Source: Eledone cirrhosa
Taxonomy: Eukaryota
Assembly: GCA_964016885.1 (NCBI GenBank)
Contig: OZ024747.1
Location: 47,926,001 to 47,990,000 of the forward strand
Direction of reading: 5' to 3'
DNA: 64,000 nucleotides
Within the stretch, counting starts at the first letter, position 1; each line of letters begins with the position of its first letter. Positions 15,001-29,569 of the stretch are shown here, one piece after another. The position numbers and the translations under genes were made by a program. Below the pieces are notes generated by a model that made no database searches, was not told the origin of the DNA, and saw only the letters and a program-made list of their open reading frames with translations.

Positions 15001-18000
15001 ACTATTCTGCCATTCCACAAGCCTCAGATAACATTTTGTCTGGGGATCTAACAATTCTGCCAATCCACTGTCCTTAGATAACATTTTGTCTGGGGATCTA
15101 ACAATTCTCCCAATCCACTGCCCTCAGATAACATTTGTTTGGGGATCTAACGATTCTGCGAATCAACTGCCCTCAGATAACATTTTGTTTGGGGATCGAA
15201 CGATTCTGCGAATCAACTGCCCTCAGTTAAAATTTTGTTTGGTGATCTAACAATTCTGCCAATCCACTGCCCTTAGATAACATTTTCTCTGGGGATCTAA
15301 CAATTCTGCCAATCCACTGGCCTCAGATAACATTTTGTCTGGGGATCTAACAATTCTTCCAATCCACTGCCCTCAGATAACAATTTTGTCTGGCGATCTA
15401 ACAGTTCTTCCAATCCACTGCCTACATATCACATTTTGTTTGGCAATCTAACATTTCTGCCAATCCACTGTCCTTAGATAACATTTTGTCTGGCAATCTA
15501 ACAATTCTGCCAATCCACTGCCCTCAGATAACATTTTGTCTGGGGATCTAACAATTCTGCCAATTAACTGCCCTCAGATAACATTTTGTGTGGGGATCTA
15601 ACAATTCTGACAATCAACTGCCCTCAGGTAACATTTTGTTTGGGGATCTAACAATTCTGCCAATCCACTGCCCTCAGATAACATTTTGTGTGGGGATCTA
15701 ACAATTCTGCCAATCAACTGCCCTCAGATAACATTTTGTTTGGGGATCTAACAATTCTGCCAATCAACTGCCCTCAGATAACATTTTGTCTGGGGATCTA
15801 ACAATTCTGCCAATCCACTGTCCTTAGATAACATTTTGTCTGCCAATCTAACAATTCTGCCAATCCACAGCCATCAGGTAACATTTTGTTTGGGGATCTA
15901 ACAATTCTGCCAATCCACTGCCCTCAGATAACATTTTGTCTGGGGATCTAACAATTCTGCCAATCCATTGCCCTCAGATAACGTTTTGCGTGGCGATCTA
16001 ACAATTCTTCTAATCCACTGCCCTCAGATAACATTTTGTCTGGCAATCTAACAATTCTGCCAATCCATTGCCCTCAGATAACGTTTTGCGTGGGGATCTA
16101 ACAATTCTTCTAATCCACTGCCCTCATAACATTTTGTCTGGCAATCTAACAATTCTGCCAATCAACTGCCCTCAGATAACATTTTGTTTGGGGATCTAAC
16201 AATTCTGTCAATCCACTGTCCTTAGATAACCTTTTGTCTGGGCATCTAACAATTCTGCCAATCCACTGTCCTTAGATAACGTTTTGTCTAGGGATCTAAC
16301 AATTCTGACAATCCACTGTCTCTAGATAAGATTTTGTCTGGGGATCTAACAATTCTGCCAATCCACTCCTTAGATAACATTTTGTCTGTCAATCGGACAA
16401 TTCTGCCCATCCACTGTGCTTAAATAAGATTTTGTCTGGCAATCCAACAATTCTGCCAATCCACAGCTCTTAGATAACATTTTCTCTGGGGATCTAACAA
16501 TTCTGCCAATCCACTGGCCTCAGATAACATTTTATCTAGGGATCTAACAATTCTGCCAATCCACTGCCCTCAGATAACATTTTGTCTGGCGATCTAACAA
16601 TTCTGCTAATCAACTGCCCTCAGATAACATTTTGTTTGGGGATCTAACGATTCTGCGAATCAACTGCCCTCAGATAACATTTTGTTTGGGGATCTAACAA
16701 TTCTGCCAATCCACTGTCCTTAGAAAACATTTTGCGTGGGGATCTAACAATTCTTCTAATCCACTGCCCTCAGATAACATTTTGTCTGGCAATCTAACAA
16801 TTCTGCCAATCCACTGTCCTTAGATAACATTTCGTCAGGGGATCTAACCATTCTGCCAATCCACTGTCCTTAGATAACCTTTTGTCTGGGGATCTAACAA
16901 TTCTGCCAATCCAGTCCTTAGATGAGATTTTCTCTGGGTGTCTAACAATTCTGCCAATCTACTGTCCTTAGATAACATTTTGTTTGGGGATCTAACAATT
17001 CTGCCAATCCACTGCCCTCAGATAACATTTTGTCTGGCAATCTAACAATTCTGCCAATCCACTGCCTTCAGATAACATTTTATCTGGGGATCTAACAATT
17101 CTGCCAATCCACTGCCCTCAAACAACATTTTGTCTGGCAATCTAACAATTCTGCCAATCCACAGCCCTCAGATAACATTTTGTCTGGCTAACAATTCTGC
17201 CAATCCACTGTCCTTAGAAAACATTGAGTCTGGGGATCTAACAATTCTGCCAATCCACTGCCCTCAGATAACATTTTGTCTGGCAATATTACAATTTTGC
17301 CAATCCACAGCCCTGAGATAACATTTTTTCTGGCTAACAATTCTACCAATCCACTGTCCTTAGAAAACATTTTGTCTGGGGATCCAACAATTCTGCCAAT
17401 CCACTGTCCTTAGATAACATTTTGTCTGGGGATCTAACAATTCTGCCAATCCACTGTCCTTAGATAACATTTTGTCTGGGGATCTTACAATTCTGCCAAT
17501 CAACAACCCTCAGATAACATTTTGTCTGGCAATCTAACAATTCTGCCAATCTACTGTCCTTAGATAACATTGTCTGGCAATCTAACAATTATGCCAATCC
17601 ACTGTCCTTAAATAACATTTTGTCTGGCAATCTAACAATTCTGCCAATCCACTGCCCTCAGATATTTTGTCTGGCAATCTAACTATTCTGCCATTCCACA
17701 AGCCTCAGATAACATTTTGTCTGGGGATCTAACAATTCTGCCAATCCATTGCCCTTAGATATTTTGTATGGAGATCTAACAATTCTGCGAATCCACGGTG
17801 CTCAGATAACATTTTGTCTGACAATCTAACAATTCTGACAATCCACTGCCCTCAGATAACATTTTGTTTGGGGATCTAACAATTCTGTCAATCCACTGTC
17901 CTTAGATAACCTTTTGTCTGGGGATCTAACAATTCTGCCAATCCAGTCCTTAGATAACATTTTGTCTAGGGATCTAACAATTCTGCCAATCCACTGTCCT

Positions 18001-21000
18001 TAGAAAACATTTTGCGTGGGGATCTAACAATTCTTCTAATCCACTGCCCTCAGATAACATTTTGTCTGGCAATCTAACAATTCTGCCAACCTACTGTCCT
18101 TAGATAACATTTTGACTGGCAATCTAACAATTCTGCCAATCCACTGTCCTTAGATAACATTTCGTCAGGGGATCTAACAATTCTGCCAATCCACTGTCCT
18201 TAGATAACATTTTGTCTGGGGATCTAACAATTGTGCCAATCCACTGTCCTTAGATAACATTTTGTCGGGGATCTAACGATTCTGCGAATCAACTGCCCTC
18301 AGATAACATTTTGTTTGGGGATCTAACGATTCTGCGAATCAACTGCCCTCAGATATCATTTTGTTTGGGGATCTAACAATTCTGCCAATGCACTGGCCTC
18401 AGATAACATTTTGTATGGGGATCTAACAATTCTGCCAATCCACTGTCCTTAGATAACATTTTGTCTGGGGATCTAACAATTCTGTAAATTCACTGTCTCA
18501 GATAACATTTTGTCTGGGAATCTAACAATTCTGCCAATCCACTGTCCTTAGATAAGATTTTGTCTGGGGATCTAACAATTCTGCCAATTCACTGCTCTAA
18601 TATAACATTTTGTGTGGGGATCTAACAATTCTGACAATCAACTGCCCTCAGATAACATTTTGTTTGGGGATCTAACAATTCTGTCAATCCACTGTCCTTA
18701 GATAACCTTTTGTCTGGGGATCTAACAATTCTGCCAATCCAGTCCTTAGATGAGATTTTCTCTGGGTGTCTAACAATTCTGCCAATCTACTGTCCTTAGA
18801 TAACCATTTGTCTGGGGATCTAACAATTCTGCCAATCCAGTCCTTAGATGAGATTTTCTCTGGGTGTCTAACAATTCTGCCAATCTACTGTCCTTAGATA
18901 ACATTTTGTTTGGGGATCTAACAATTCTGCCAATCCACTGCCCTCAGATAACATTTTGTCTGGCAATCTAACAATTCTGCCAATCCACTGTCTTCAGATA
19001 ACATTTTGTCTGGGGATCTAACAATTCTGCCAATCCACTGCCCTCAAACAACATTTTGTTTGGCAATCTAACAATTCTGCCAATCCACAGCCCTCAGATA
19101 ACATTTTGTCTGGCTAACAATTCTGCCAATCCACTGTCCTTAGAAAATATTTTGTCTGGGGATCTAACAATTCTGCCAATCCACTGCCCTCAGATAACAT
19201 TTTGTCTGGCAATATTACAATTTTGCCAATCCACAGCCCTCAGATAACATGTTGTCTGGCTAACAATTCTGCCAATCCACTGTCCTTAGAAAACATTTTG
19301 TCTGGGGATCCAACAATTCTGCCAATCCACTGTCCTTAGATAACATTTTGTCTGGGGATCTAACAATTCTGCCAATCCACTGTCCTTAGATAACATTTTG
19401 TCTGGGGATCTTACAATTCTGCCAATCAACAACCCTCAGATAACATTTTGTCTGGTAATCTAACAATTCTGCCAATTCACTGCACTCATAACATCTTGTC
19501 TGGCAATCTAACAATTCTGCCAATCTACTGTGTTAGATAACATTGTCTGGCAATCTAACAATTATGCCAATCCACAAGCCTCAGATAACATTTTGTCTGG
19601 GGATCTAACAATTCTGCCAATCCATTGCCCTTAGATATTTTGTATGGAGATCTAACAATTCTGACAATCCACTGCCCTCAGATAACATTTTGTTTGGGGA
19701 TCTAACAATTCTGCCAATCAACTGCCCTCAGATAACATTTTGTGTGGGGATCTAACAATTCTGACAATCAACTGCCCTCAGGTAACATATTGTTTGGGGA
19801 TCTAACAATTCTGCCAATCCACTGCCCTCAGATAACATTTTGTCTGGAGATCTAACAATTCTGCCAATCCACTGCCCTCAGATAACATTTTGTCTGGCAA
19901 TCTAATAATTCTGCCAATCCACTGCCCTCAGATAATACTTTGTCAGGGGATCTAACAATTCTGCCAATCCACTTGCCTCAGATAATATTTTGTCTGGGAA
20001 TCTAACAATTCTGCCAATCTATTGCCCTCAGAAAACATTTTGTCTGGGGATCTAACAATTCTCCCAATCAACTGACCTCAGATAACATTTTGTGTGGGAA
20101 TCTAACGATTCTGCCAGTCCACTGTCCTTAGATAAGATTTTGTCTGGGGATCTAACAATTCTGCCAATTCACTGCTCTAATATAACATTTTGTGTGGAAA
20201 TCTAACAATTCTGCCAATCAACTGCCCTCAGATAACATTTTGTTTGGGGATCTAACAATTCTGTCAATCCACTGTCCTTAGATAACCTTTTGTCTGGGGA
20301 TCTAACAATTCTGCCAATCCAGTCCTTAGATAACATTTTGTCTAGGGATCTAACAATTCTGCCAATCCACTGTCCTTAGAAAATATTTTGCGTGGGGATC
20401 TAACAATTCTTCTAATCCACTGCCCTCAGATAACATTTTGTCTGGCAATCTAACAATTCTGCCAACCTACTGTCCTTAGATAACATTTTGACTGGCAATC
20501 TAACAATTCTGCCAATCCACTGTCCTTAGATAACATTTCGTCAGGGGATCTAACAATTCTGCCAATCCACTGTCCTTAGATAACATTTTGTCTGGGGATC
20601 TAACAATTGTGCCAATCCACTGTCCTTAGATAACATTTTGTCGGGGATCTAACGATTCTGCGAATCAACTGCCCTCAGATAACATTTTGTTTGGGGATCT
20701 AACGATTCTGCGAATCAACTGCCCTCAGATATCATTTTGTTTGGGGATCTAACAATTCTGCCAATGCACTGGCCTCAGATAACATTTTGTATGGGGATCT
20801 AACAATTCTGCCAATCCACTGTCCTTAGATAACATTTTGTCTGGGGATCTAACAATTCTGTAAATTCACTGTCTCAGATAACATTTTGTCTGGTAATCTA
20901 ACAATTCTGCCAATCCACTGCCCTCAGATAACATTTTGTCTGGCGATCTAACAGTTCTGCCAATCCACTGCCTACACATAACATTTTGTCTGCCAATTCA

Positions 21001-24000
21001 GTCCTTAGATAACATTTTGTCCGGCAATGTAACAATTCTGCCAATCCACAGCCCTCAGGTAACATTTTGTTTGGGGATCTAACAATTCTGCCAATCCACT
21101 GCCCTCAGATAACATTTTGTCTGGGGATCTAACAATTCTGCCAATCCATTGCCCTCAGATAACGTTTTGCGTGGGGATCTAACAATTCTTCTAATCCACT
21201 GCCCTCAGATAACATTTTGTCTGGCAATCTAACAATTCTACCAATCCATTGCACTCATAACATTTTGTCTGGCAATCTAACAATGCTGCCAATCTACTGT
21301 CCTTAGATAACATTTTGTCTGGCAATCTAACAATTCTGCCAATCCACTGTCCTTAGATAGCATTTTGTCTGGCAATCTAACAATTCTGCCAATCCACTGC
21401 CCTCAGATAACATTTTGTATGGGGATCTAACAATTCTGCCAATCCACTGTCCTTAGAAAACATTTTGTCTGGTGATCTAACAATTCTACCAATCCAATCC
21501 TTAGATAACATTTTGTCTGGAAATCTAACAATTCTGCCAATCCACTGCCCTCAGATAACATTTTCTTTGGGGATCTAACAATTCTGCCAATCCACTGCCC
21601 CCAGATAACATTTTGTCTGGGGATCTAACAATTCTGCCAATCCACTGCCCTCAGATAACATTTTCTCTGGGTGTCTAACAATTCTGCCAATCCACTGTCC
21701 TTACATAAAATTTTGTCTGGGGATCTAACAATTCTGCCAATCCACTGTCCTTAGATAACGTTTTGTCTAGGGATCTAACAAGTCTGCCAATCCACTGACT
21801 TTAGATAAGATTTTGTCTGGGATCTAACAATTCTGCCAATCCAGTCCTTAGATAACATTTTGTCTGGCAATCGGACAATTCTGCCAATCCACTGTCCTTA
21901 GATAACATTTTCTCTGGGGATCTAACAATTCTGCCAATCCACTGGCCTCAGATAACATTTTGTCTGGGGATCTAACAATTCTGCCAATCCACTGTCCTTA
22001 GATAACATTTTGTCTGGGGATCTAACAATTCTTCTAATCCACTGCCCTCAGATAACATTTTGTCTGGCAGTCTTACAATTCTGCCAATCAACAACCCTCA
22101 GAAAACATTTTGTCTGGCAATCTAACAATTCTGCCAATCCACTGCCCTCAGATATTTTTTCTGGGAATCTAACTATTCTGCCATTCCACAAGCCTCAGAT
22201 AACATTTTGTCTGGGGATCTAACAATTCTGCCAATCCACTGTCCTTAGATAACATTTTGTCTGGGGATCTAACAATTCTCCCAATCCACTGCCCTCAGAT
22301 AACATTTGTTTGGGGATCTAACGATTCTGCGAATCAACTGCCCTCAGATAACATTTTGTTTGGGGATCGAACGATTCTGCGAATCAACTGCCCTCAGTTA
22401 AAATTTTGTTTGGTGATCTAACAATTCTGCCAATCCACTGCCCTTAGATAACATTTTCTCTGGGGATCTAACAATTCTGCCAATCCACTGGCCTCAGATA
22501 ACATTTTGTCTGGGGATCTAACAATTCTTCCAATCCACTGCCCTCAGATAACAATTTTGTCTGGCGATCTAACAGTTCTTCCAATCCACTGCCTACATAT
22601 CACATTTTGTTTGGCAATCTAACATTTCTGCCAATCCACTGTCCTTAGATAACATTTTGTCTGGCAATCTAACAATTCTGCCAATCCACTGCCCTCAGAT
22701 AACATTTTGTCTGGGGATCTAACAATTCTGCTAATTAACTGCCCTCAGATAACATTTTGTGTGGGGATCTAACAATTCTGACAATCAACTGCCCTCAGGT
22801 AACATTTTGTTTGGGGATCTAACAATTCTGCCAATCCACTGCCCTCAGATAACATTTTGTTTGGGGATCTAACAATTCTGCCAATCAACTGCCCTCAGAT
22901 AACATTTTGTCTGGGGATCTAACAATTCTGCCAATCCACTGTCCTTAGATAACATTTTGTCTGCCAATCTAACAATTCTGCCAATCCACAGCCATCAGGT
23001 AACATTTTGTTTGGGGATCTAACAATTCTGCCAATCCACTGCCCTCAGATAACATTTTGTCTGGGGATCTAACAATTCTGCCAATCCATTGCCCTCAGAT
23101 AACGTTTTGCGTGGCGATCTAACAATTCTTCTAATCCACTGCCCTCAGATAACATTTTGTCTGGCAATCTAACAATTCTGCCAATCCATTGCCCTCAGAT
23201 AACGTTTTGCGTGGGGATCTAACAATTCTTCTAATCCACTGCCCTCATAACATTTTCTCTGGCAATCTAACAATTCTGCCAATCAACTGCCCTCAGATAA
23301 CATTTTGTTTGGGGATCTAACAATTCTGTCAATCCACTGTCCTTAGATAACCTTTTGTCTGGGCATCTAACAATTCTGCCAATCCACTGTCCTTAGATAA
23401 CGTTTTGTCTAGGGATCTAACAATTCTGACAATCCACTGTCTCTAGATAAGATTTTGTCTGGGGATCTAACAATTCTGCCAATCCACTCCTTAGATAACA
23501 TTTTGTCTGTCAATCGGACAATTCTGCCCATCCACTGTGCTTAAATAAGATTTTGTCTGGCAATCCAACAATTCTGCCAATCCACAGCTCTTAGATAACA
23601 TTTTCTCTGGGGATCTAACAATTCTGCCAATCCACTGGCCTCAGATAACATTTTATCTAGGGATCTAACAATTCTGCCAATCCACTGCCCTTAGATAACA
23701 TTTTGTCTGGCGATCTAACAATTCTGCTAATCAACTGCCCTCAGATAACATTTTGTTTGGGGATCTAACGATTCTGCGAATCAACTGCCCTCAGATAACA
23801 TTTTGTTTGGGGATCTAACAATTCTGCCAATCCACTGTCCTTAGAAAACATTTTGCGTGGGGATCTAACAATTCTTCTAATCCACTGCCCTCAGATAACA
23901 TTTTGTCTGGCAATCTAACAATTCTGCCAATCCACTGTCCTTAGATAACATTTCGTCAGGGGATCTAACCATTCTGCCAATCCACTGTCCTTAGATAACC

Positions 24001-26070
24001 TTTTGTCTGGGGATCTAACAATTCTGCCAATCCAGTCCTTAGATGAGATTTTCTCTGGGTGTCTAACAATTCTGCCAATCTACTGTCCTTAGATAACATT
24101 TTGTTTGGGGATCTAACAATTCTGCCAATCCACTGCCCTCAGATAACATTTTGTCTGGCAATCTAACAATTCTGCCAATCCACTGCCTTCAGATAACATT
24201 TTATCTGGGGATCTAACAATTCTGCCAATCCACTGCCCTCAAACAACATTTTGTCTGGCAATCTAACAATTCTGCCAATCCACAGCCCTCAGATAACATT
24301 TTGTCTGGCTAACAATTCTGCCAATCCACTGTCCTTAGAAAACATTGAGTCTGGGGATCTAACAATTCTGCCAATCCACTGCCCTCAGATAACATTTTGT
24401 CTGGCAATATTACAATTTTGCCAATCCACAGCCCTGAGATAACATTTTTTCTGGCTAACAATTCTACCAATCCACTGTCCTTAGAAAACATTTTGTCTGG
24501 GGATCCAACAATTCTGCCAATCCACTGTCCTTAGATAACATTTTGTCTGGGGATCTAACAATTCTGCCAATCCACTGTCCTTAGATAACATTTTGTCTGG
24601 GGATCTTACAATTCTGCCAATCAACAACCCTCAGATAACATTTTGTCTGGCAATCTAACAATTCTGCCAATCTACTGTCCTTAGATAACATTGTCTGGCA
24701 ATCTAACAATTATGCCAATCCACTGTCCTTAAATAACATTTTGTCTGGCAATCTAACAATTCTGCCAATCCACTGCCCTCAGATATTTTGTCTGGCAATC
24801 TAACTATTCTGCCATTCCACAAGCCTCAGATAACATTTTGTCTGGGGATCTAACAATTCTGCCAATCCATTGCCCTTAGATATTTTGTATGGAGATCTAA
24901 CAATTCTGCGAATCCACGGTGCTCAGATAACATTTTGTCTGACAATCTAACAATTCTGACAATCCACTGCCCTCAGATAACATTTTGTTTGGGGATCTAA
25001 CAATTCTGCCAATCAACTGCCCTCAGATAACATTTTGTGTGGGGTTCTAACAATTCTGACAATCAACTGCCCTCAGGTAACATTTTGTTTGGGGATCTAA
25101 CAATTCTGCCAATCCACTGCCCTCAGATAACATTTTGTCTGGAGATCTAACAATTCTGCCAATCAACTGCCCTCAGATAACATTTTGTGTGGGGATCTAA
25201 CAATTCTGACAATCAACTGCCCACAGGTAACATTTTGTTTGGGGATCTAACAATTCTGCCAATCCAGTCCTTAGATAACATTTTGTCTGGCAATCGGACA
25301 ATTCTGCCAATCCACTGTCCTTAAATAAGATTTTGTCTGGCAATCCAACAATTCTGCCAATCCACAGCTCTTAGATAACATTTTCTCTGGGGATCTAACA
25401 ATTCTGCCAATCCACTGCCCTCAGATAACATTTTGTTTGGCGATCTAACAGTTCTGCCAATCCACTGCCTACACATAACATTTTGTCTGCCAATCCAGTC
25501 CTTAGATAACATTTTGTCTGGCAATCTAACAATTCTGCCATTCCACTGTCCTTAGATAACATTTTGTCTGCCAATCTAACAATTCTGCCAATCCACAGCC
25601 ATCAGGTAACATTTTGTTTGGGGATCCAACAATTCTGCCAATCCACTGCCCTCAGATAACATTTTGTCTGGGGATCTAACAATTCTGCCAATCCATTGCC
25701 CTCGGATGTTTTGCGTGGGGATCTAACAATTCTTCTAATCCACTGCCCTCAGATAACATTTTGTCTGGCAATCTAACAATTCTGCCAATCCATTGCCCTC
25801 AGATAACGTTTTGCGTGGGGATCTAACAATTCTTCTAATCCACTGCCCTCAGATAACATTTTGTCTGGCAATCTAACAATTCTACCAATCAACTGCCCTC
25901 AGATAACATTTTGTGTGGGGATCTAACAATTCTGACAATCAACTGCCCTCAGGTAACATTTTGTCTGGCAATCTAACAATTCTGCCAATCAACTGCCCTC
26001 AGATAACATTTTGTTTGGGGATCTAACAATTCTGTCAATCCACTGTCCTTAGATAACCTTTTGTCTGGGC
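1..26070. repeat. Higher-order repeat domain: copies at about 1-7505, 7506-15654, 15655-22825 and 22826-26070 (partial)
   Basis: Rare variants recur at fixed offsets. Identical pseudo-ORFs lie at 1477/8981/17130/24251 (offsets 7504, 8149, 7121) and at 2547/10051/25321. Near-identical ones lie at 6690/14839/22010. Confidence 0.93.
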
Positions 26071-29000
26071 ATCTAACAATTCTGCCAATCCACTGTCCTT
26101 AGATAACGTTTTGTCTAGGGATCTAGCAATTCTGACAATCCACTATCTCTAGATAAGATTTTGTCTGGGGATCTAACAATTCTGCCAATCCAGTCCTTAT
26201 ATAACATTTTGTCTGGCAATCGGACAATTCTGCCAATCCACTGTCCTTAAATAAGATTTTGTCTGGCAATCCAACAATTCTGCCAATCCACAGCTCTTAG
26301 ATAAATTTTTCTCTGGGGATCTAACAATTCTGCCAATCCACTGTCCTTAGATAACATTTTGTCTGGGGATCTAACAATTGTGCCAATCCACTGTCCTTAG
26401 ATAACATTTTGTCGGGGATCTAACGATTCTGCGAATCAACTGCCCTCAGATAACATTTTGTTTGGGGATCTAACGATTCTGCGAATCAACTGCCCTCAAA
26501 TATCATTTTGTTTGGGGATCTAACAATTCTGCCAATGCACTGGCCTCATAACATTTTGTATGGGGATCTAACAATTCTGCCAATCCACTGTCCTTAGATA
26601 ACATTTTGTCTGGGGATCTAACAATTCTGTAAATTCACTCTCTCAGATAACATTTTGTCTGGTAATCTAACAATTCTGCCAATCCACTGCCCTCAGATAA
26701 CATTTTGTCTGGCGATCTAACAGTTCTGCCAATCCACTGCCTACACATAACATTTTGTCTGCCAATCCAGTCCTTAGATAACATTTTGTCTGGCAATGTA
26801 ACAATTCTGCCAATCCACAACCCTCAGGTAACATTTTGTTTGGGGATCTAACAATTCTGCCAATCCACTGCCCTCAGATAACATTTTGTCTGGGGATCTA
26901 ACAATTCTGCCAATCCATTGCCCTCAGATAACGTTTTGCGTGGGGATCTAACAATTCTTCTAATCCACTGCCCTCAGATAACATTTTGTCTGGCAATCTA
27001 ACAATTCTACCAATCCATTGCACTCATAACATTTTGTCTGGCAATCTAACAATGCTGCCAATCTACTGTCCTTAGATAACATTTTGTCTGGCAATCTAAC
27101 AATTCTGCCAATCCACTGTCCTTAGATAACATTTTGTCTGGCAATCTAACAATTCTGCCAATCCACTGCCCTCAGATAACATTTTGTATGGGGATCTAAC
27201 AATTCTGCCAATCCACTGTCCTTAGAAAACATTTTGTCTGGGGATCTAACAATTCTACCAATCCAATCCTTAGATAACATTTTGTCTGGCAATCTAACAA
27301 TTCTGCCAATCCACTGCCCTCAGATAACATTTTCTTTGGGGATCTAACAATTCTGCCAATCCACTGCCCCCAGATAACATTTTGTCTGGGGATCTAACAA
27401 TTCTGCCAATCCACTGCCCTCAGATAACATTTTGTCTGGCAAGCTAACAATTCTGCCAATCCACTGCCCTCATAACATTTTGTCTGGCAAGCTAACAATT
27501 CTGCCAATCCACTGCCCTCATAACATTTTATCTGGAGATCTAACAATTCTGCCAATCAACTGCCCTCAGATAACATTTTGTGTGGTAATCTAACAATTCT
27601 AGCGATCCACTGGCCTCAGCTAACATTTTTTCTGGCAATCTTATAATTCTGCCAATCAACAACCGCCAGATAACATTTTGTCTGGCAATCTAACAATTCT
27701 GAAAATCCACTACCCCCAGATAACATTTTGTCTGGCGATCTAACAGTTCTGCCAATCCACTGCCTACACATAACATTTTGTTTGCCAATCCAGTCCTTAG
27801 ATAACATTTTGTCTGGCAATCTAACAATTCTGCCAATCAAATGTCATTAGATAACATTTTTTCTGGGGATCTAACAATTCTGAAAATCCTCTACCCTCAG
27901 ATAACATTTTGTGTGGCAATCTAACAATTCTGAAAATCCACTGTCCTCAGATAACATTTTGTCAGGGGATCTAACAATTCTACCAATCCACTGGCCCCAG
28001 CTAACATTTTGTCTGGGATCTAACTATTCTGCCAATCCACTGCCCTCAGATAACATTTTGTCTGGCAATCTAACTATTCTGCCAATCCACTGTCCTCATA
28101 TTTTATATGGGGATCTAACAATTCTGCCAATCCACAAGCCTCAGATAACATTTTGTCTGGCAATCTAACAATTCTGCCAATCCAGTTCTTACATAACATT
28201 TTGTCTGGGGATCTAACAATTCTGCCAATCCACAAGCCTCAGATAACATTTTGTTTGGGGATCAACAATTCTGCTATTCCATTTCCCTCGGATAACATTT
28301 TGTCTGGGGATCTAACAATTCTGCCAAGCCACTGCCCGAAGATTACATTTTGTCTGGCAATCTAACAATGCTGCCAATCCACTGTCCTTAGATAACATTT
28401 TGTCTGGCAATCTAACAATTCTGCCAATCAACTATCCTTAGATAACATTTTGTCTGGGGATCTAACAATTCTGCCAATCAACTGCCCTCAGATAACATTT
28501 TGTTTGGGGATCTAACAATTCTGCCAATCCAGTCCTTAGATAACCTTTTGTCTGGGGATCTAACAATTCTGCCAATCCACAAGCCTCAGATAACATTTTG
28601 TTTGGGGATCTAACAATTCTGCCAATCCATTGCTGTCAGATAAAATTTTGTCTGGGCATCTAACAATTCTGGCAATCCACTGTGCTTAGATAACATTTAT
28701 TCTGGGGATCTAACAATTTTGCCAATCCACTGCCGTCATAACATTTTGTCTGGCAATCTAACAATTCTGCCAATCCACTGGCCTTAGATAATATTTTGTC
28801 TAGCAATCTATCAATTCTGCCAATCCACTGTCCTTAGATAACATTTTGTCTGGGGATTTAACAATTCTGCCAATCCACGGTTCTCAGATAACATTTTGTA
28901 TGGCAATCTAACAATTCTGCCAATCCACTGTCCGCAGAAAACATTTTGTATGGGGATCTAACCATTCCGCAAATCCACAGTCCTTAGATAACATTTTGTT

Positions 29001-29569
29001 TGGTGATCTAACAATTCTGCCAATCCACTGCCCTCATAACATTTTGTCTGGCAATCCAACAATTCTGCCAATCCACTGGCCTTAGATAACATTTTGTCTA
29101 GCAATCTAACAATTCTCCCAATCCACTGTCCTTAGATAACATTTTGTCTGGGGAGCTAACAAATCTGCCAATCCACTGCCCTCAGGTAAGATTTTGTCTG
29201 GGGATCTAACAATTCTGCCAATCCACATATAACATTTTGTTTGGGTATCTAACAATTCTGCGATTCCATTGCCCTCATAACATTTTGTCTGGGGATCTAA
29301 CAATTCTTCTAATCCACTGCCATCACATAACATTTTGTCTGGGGATCTAACAATTCTGCCAATCCACTGCTCTCAGATAACATTTTGTCTGGCAATCTAA
29401 CAATTGTGCCAATCCACTGCCCTCAGATAACATTTTGTCTGGGGATCTAACAATTCTGCCAATCCACTGCTCTCAGATAACATTTTGTCTGGCAATCTAA
29501 CAATTCTGCCAATCCACTGCCCTCAGATAACATTTTGTCTGGGGATCTAACAATTCTGCCAATCCACTG

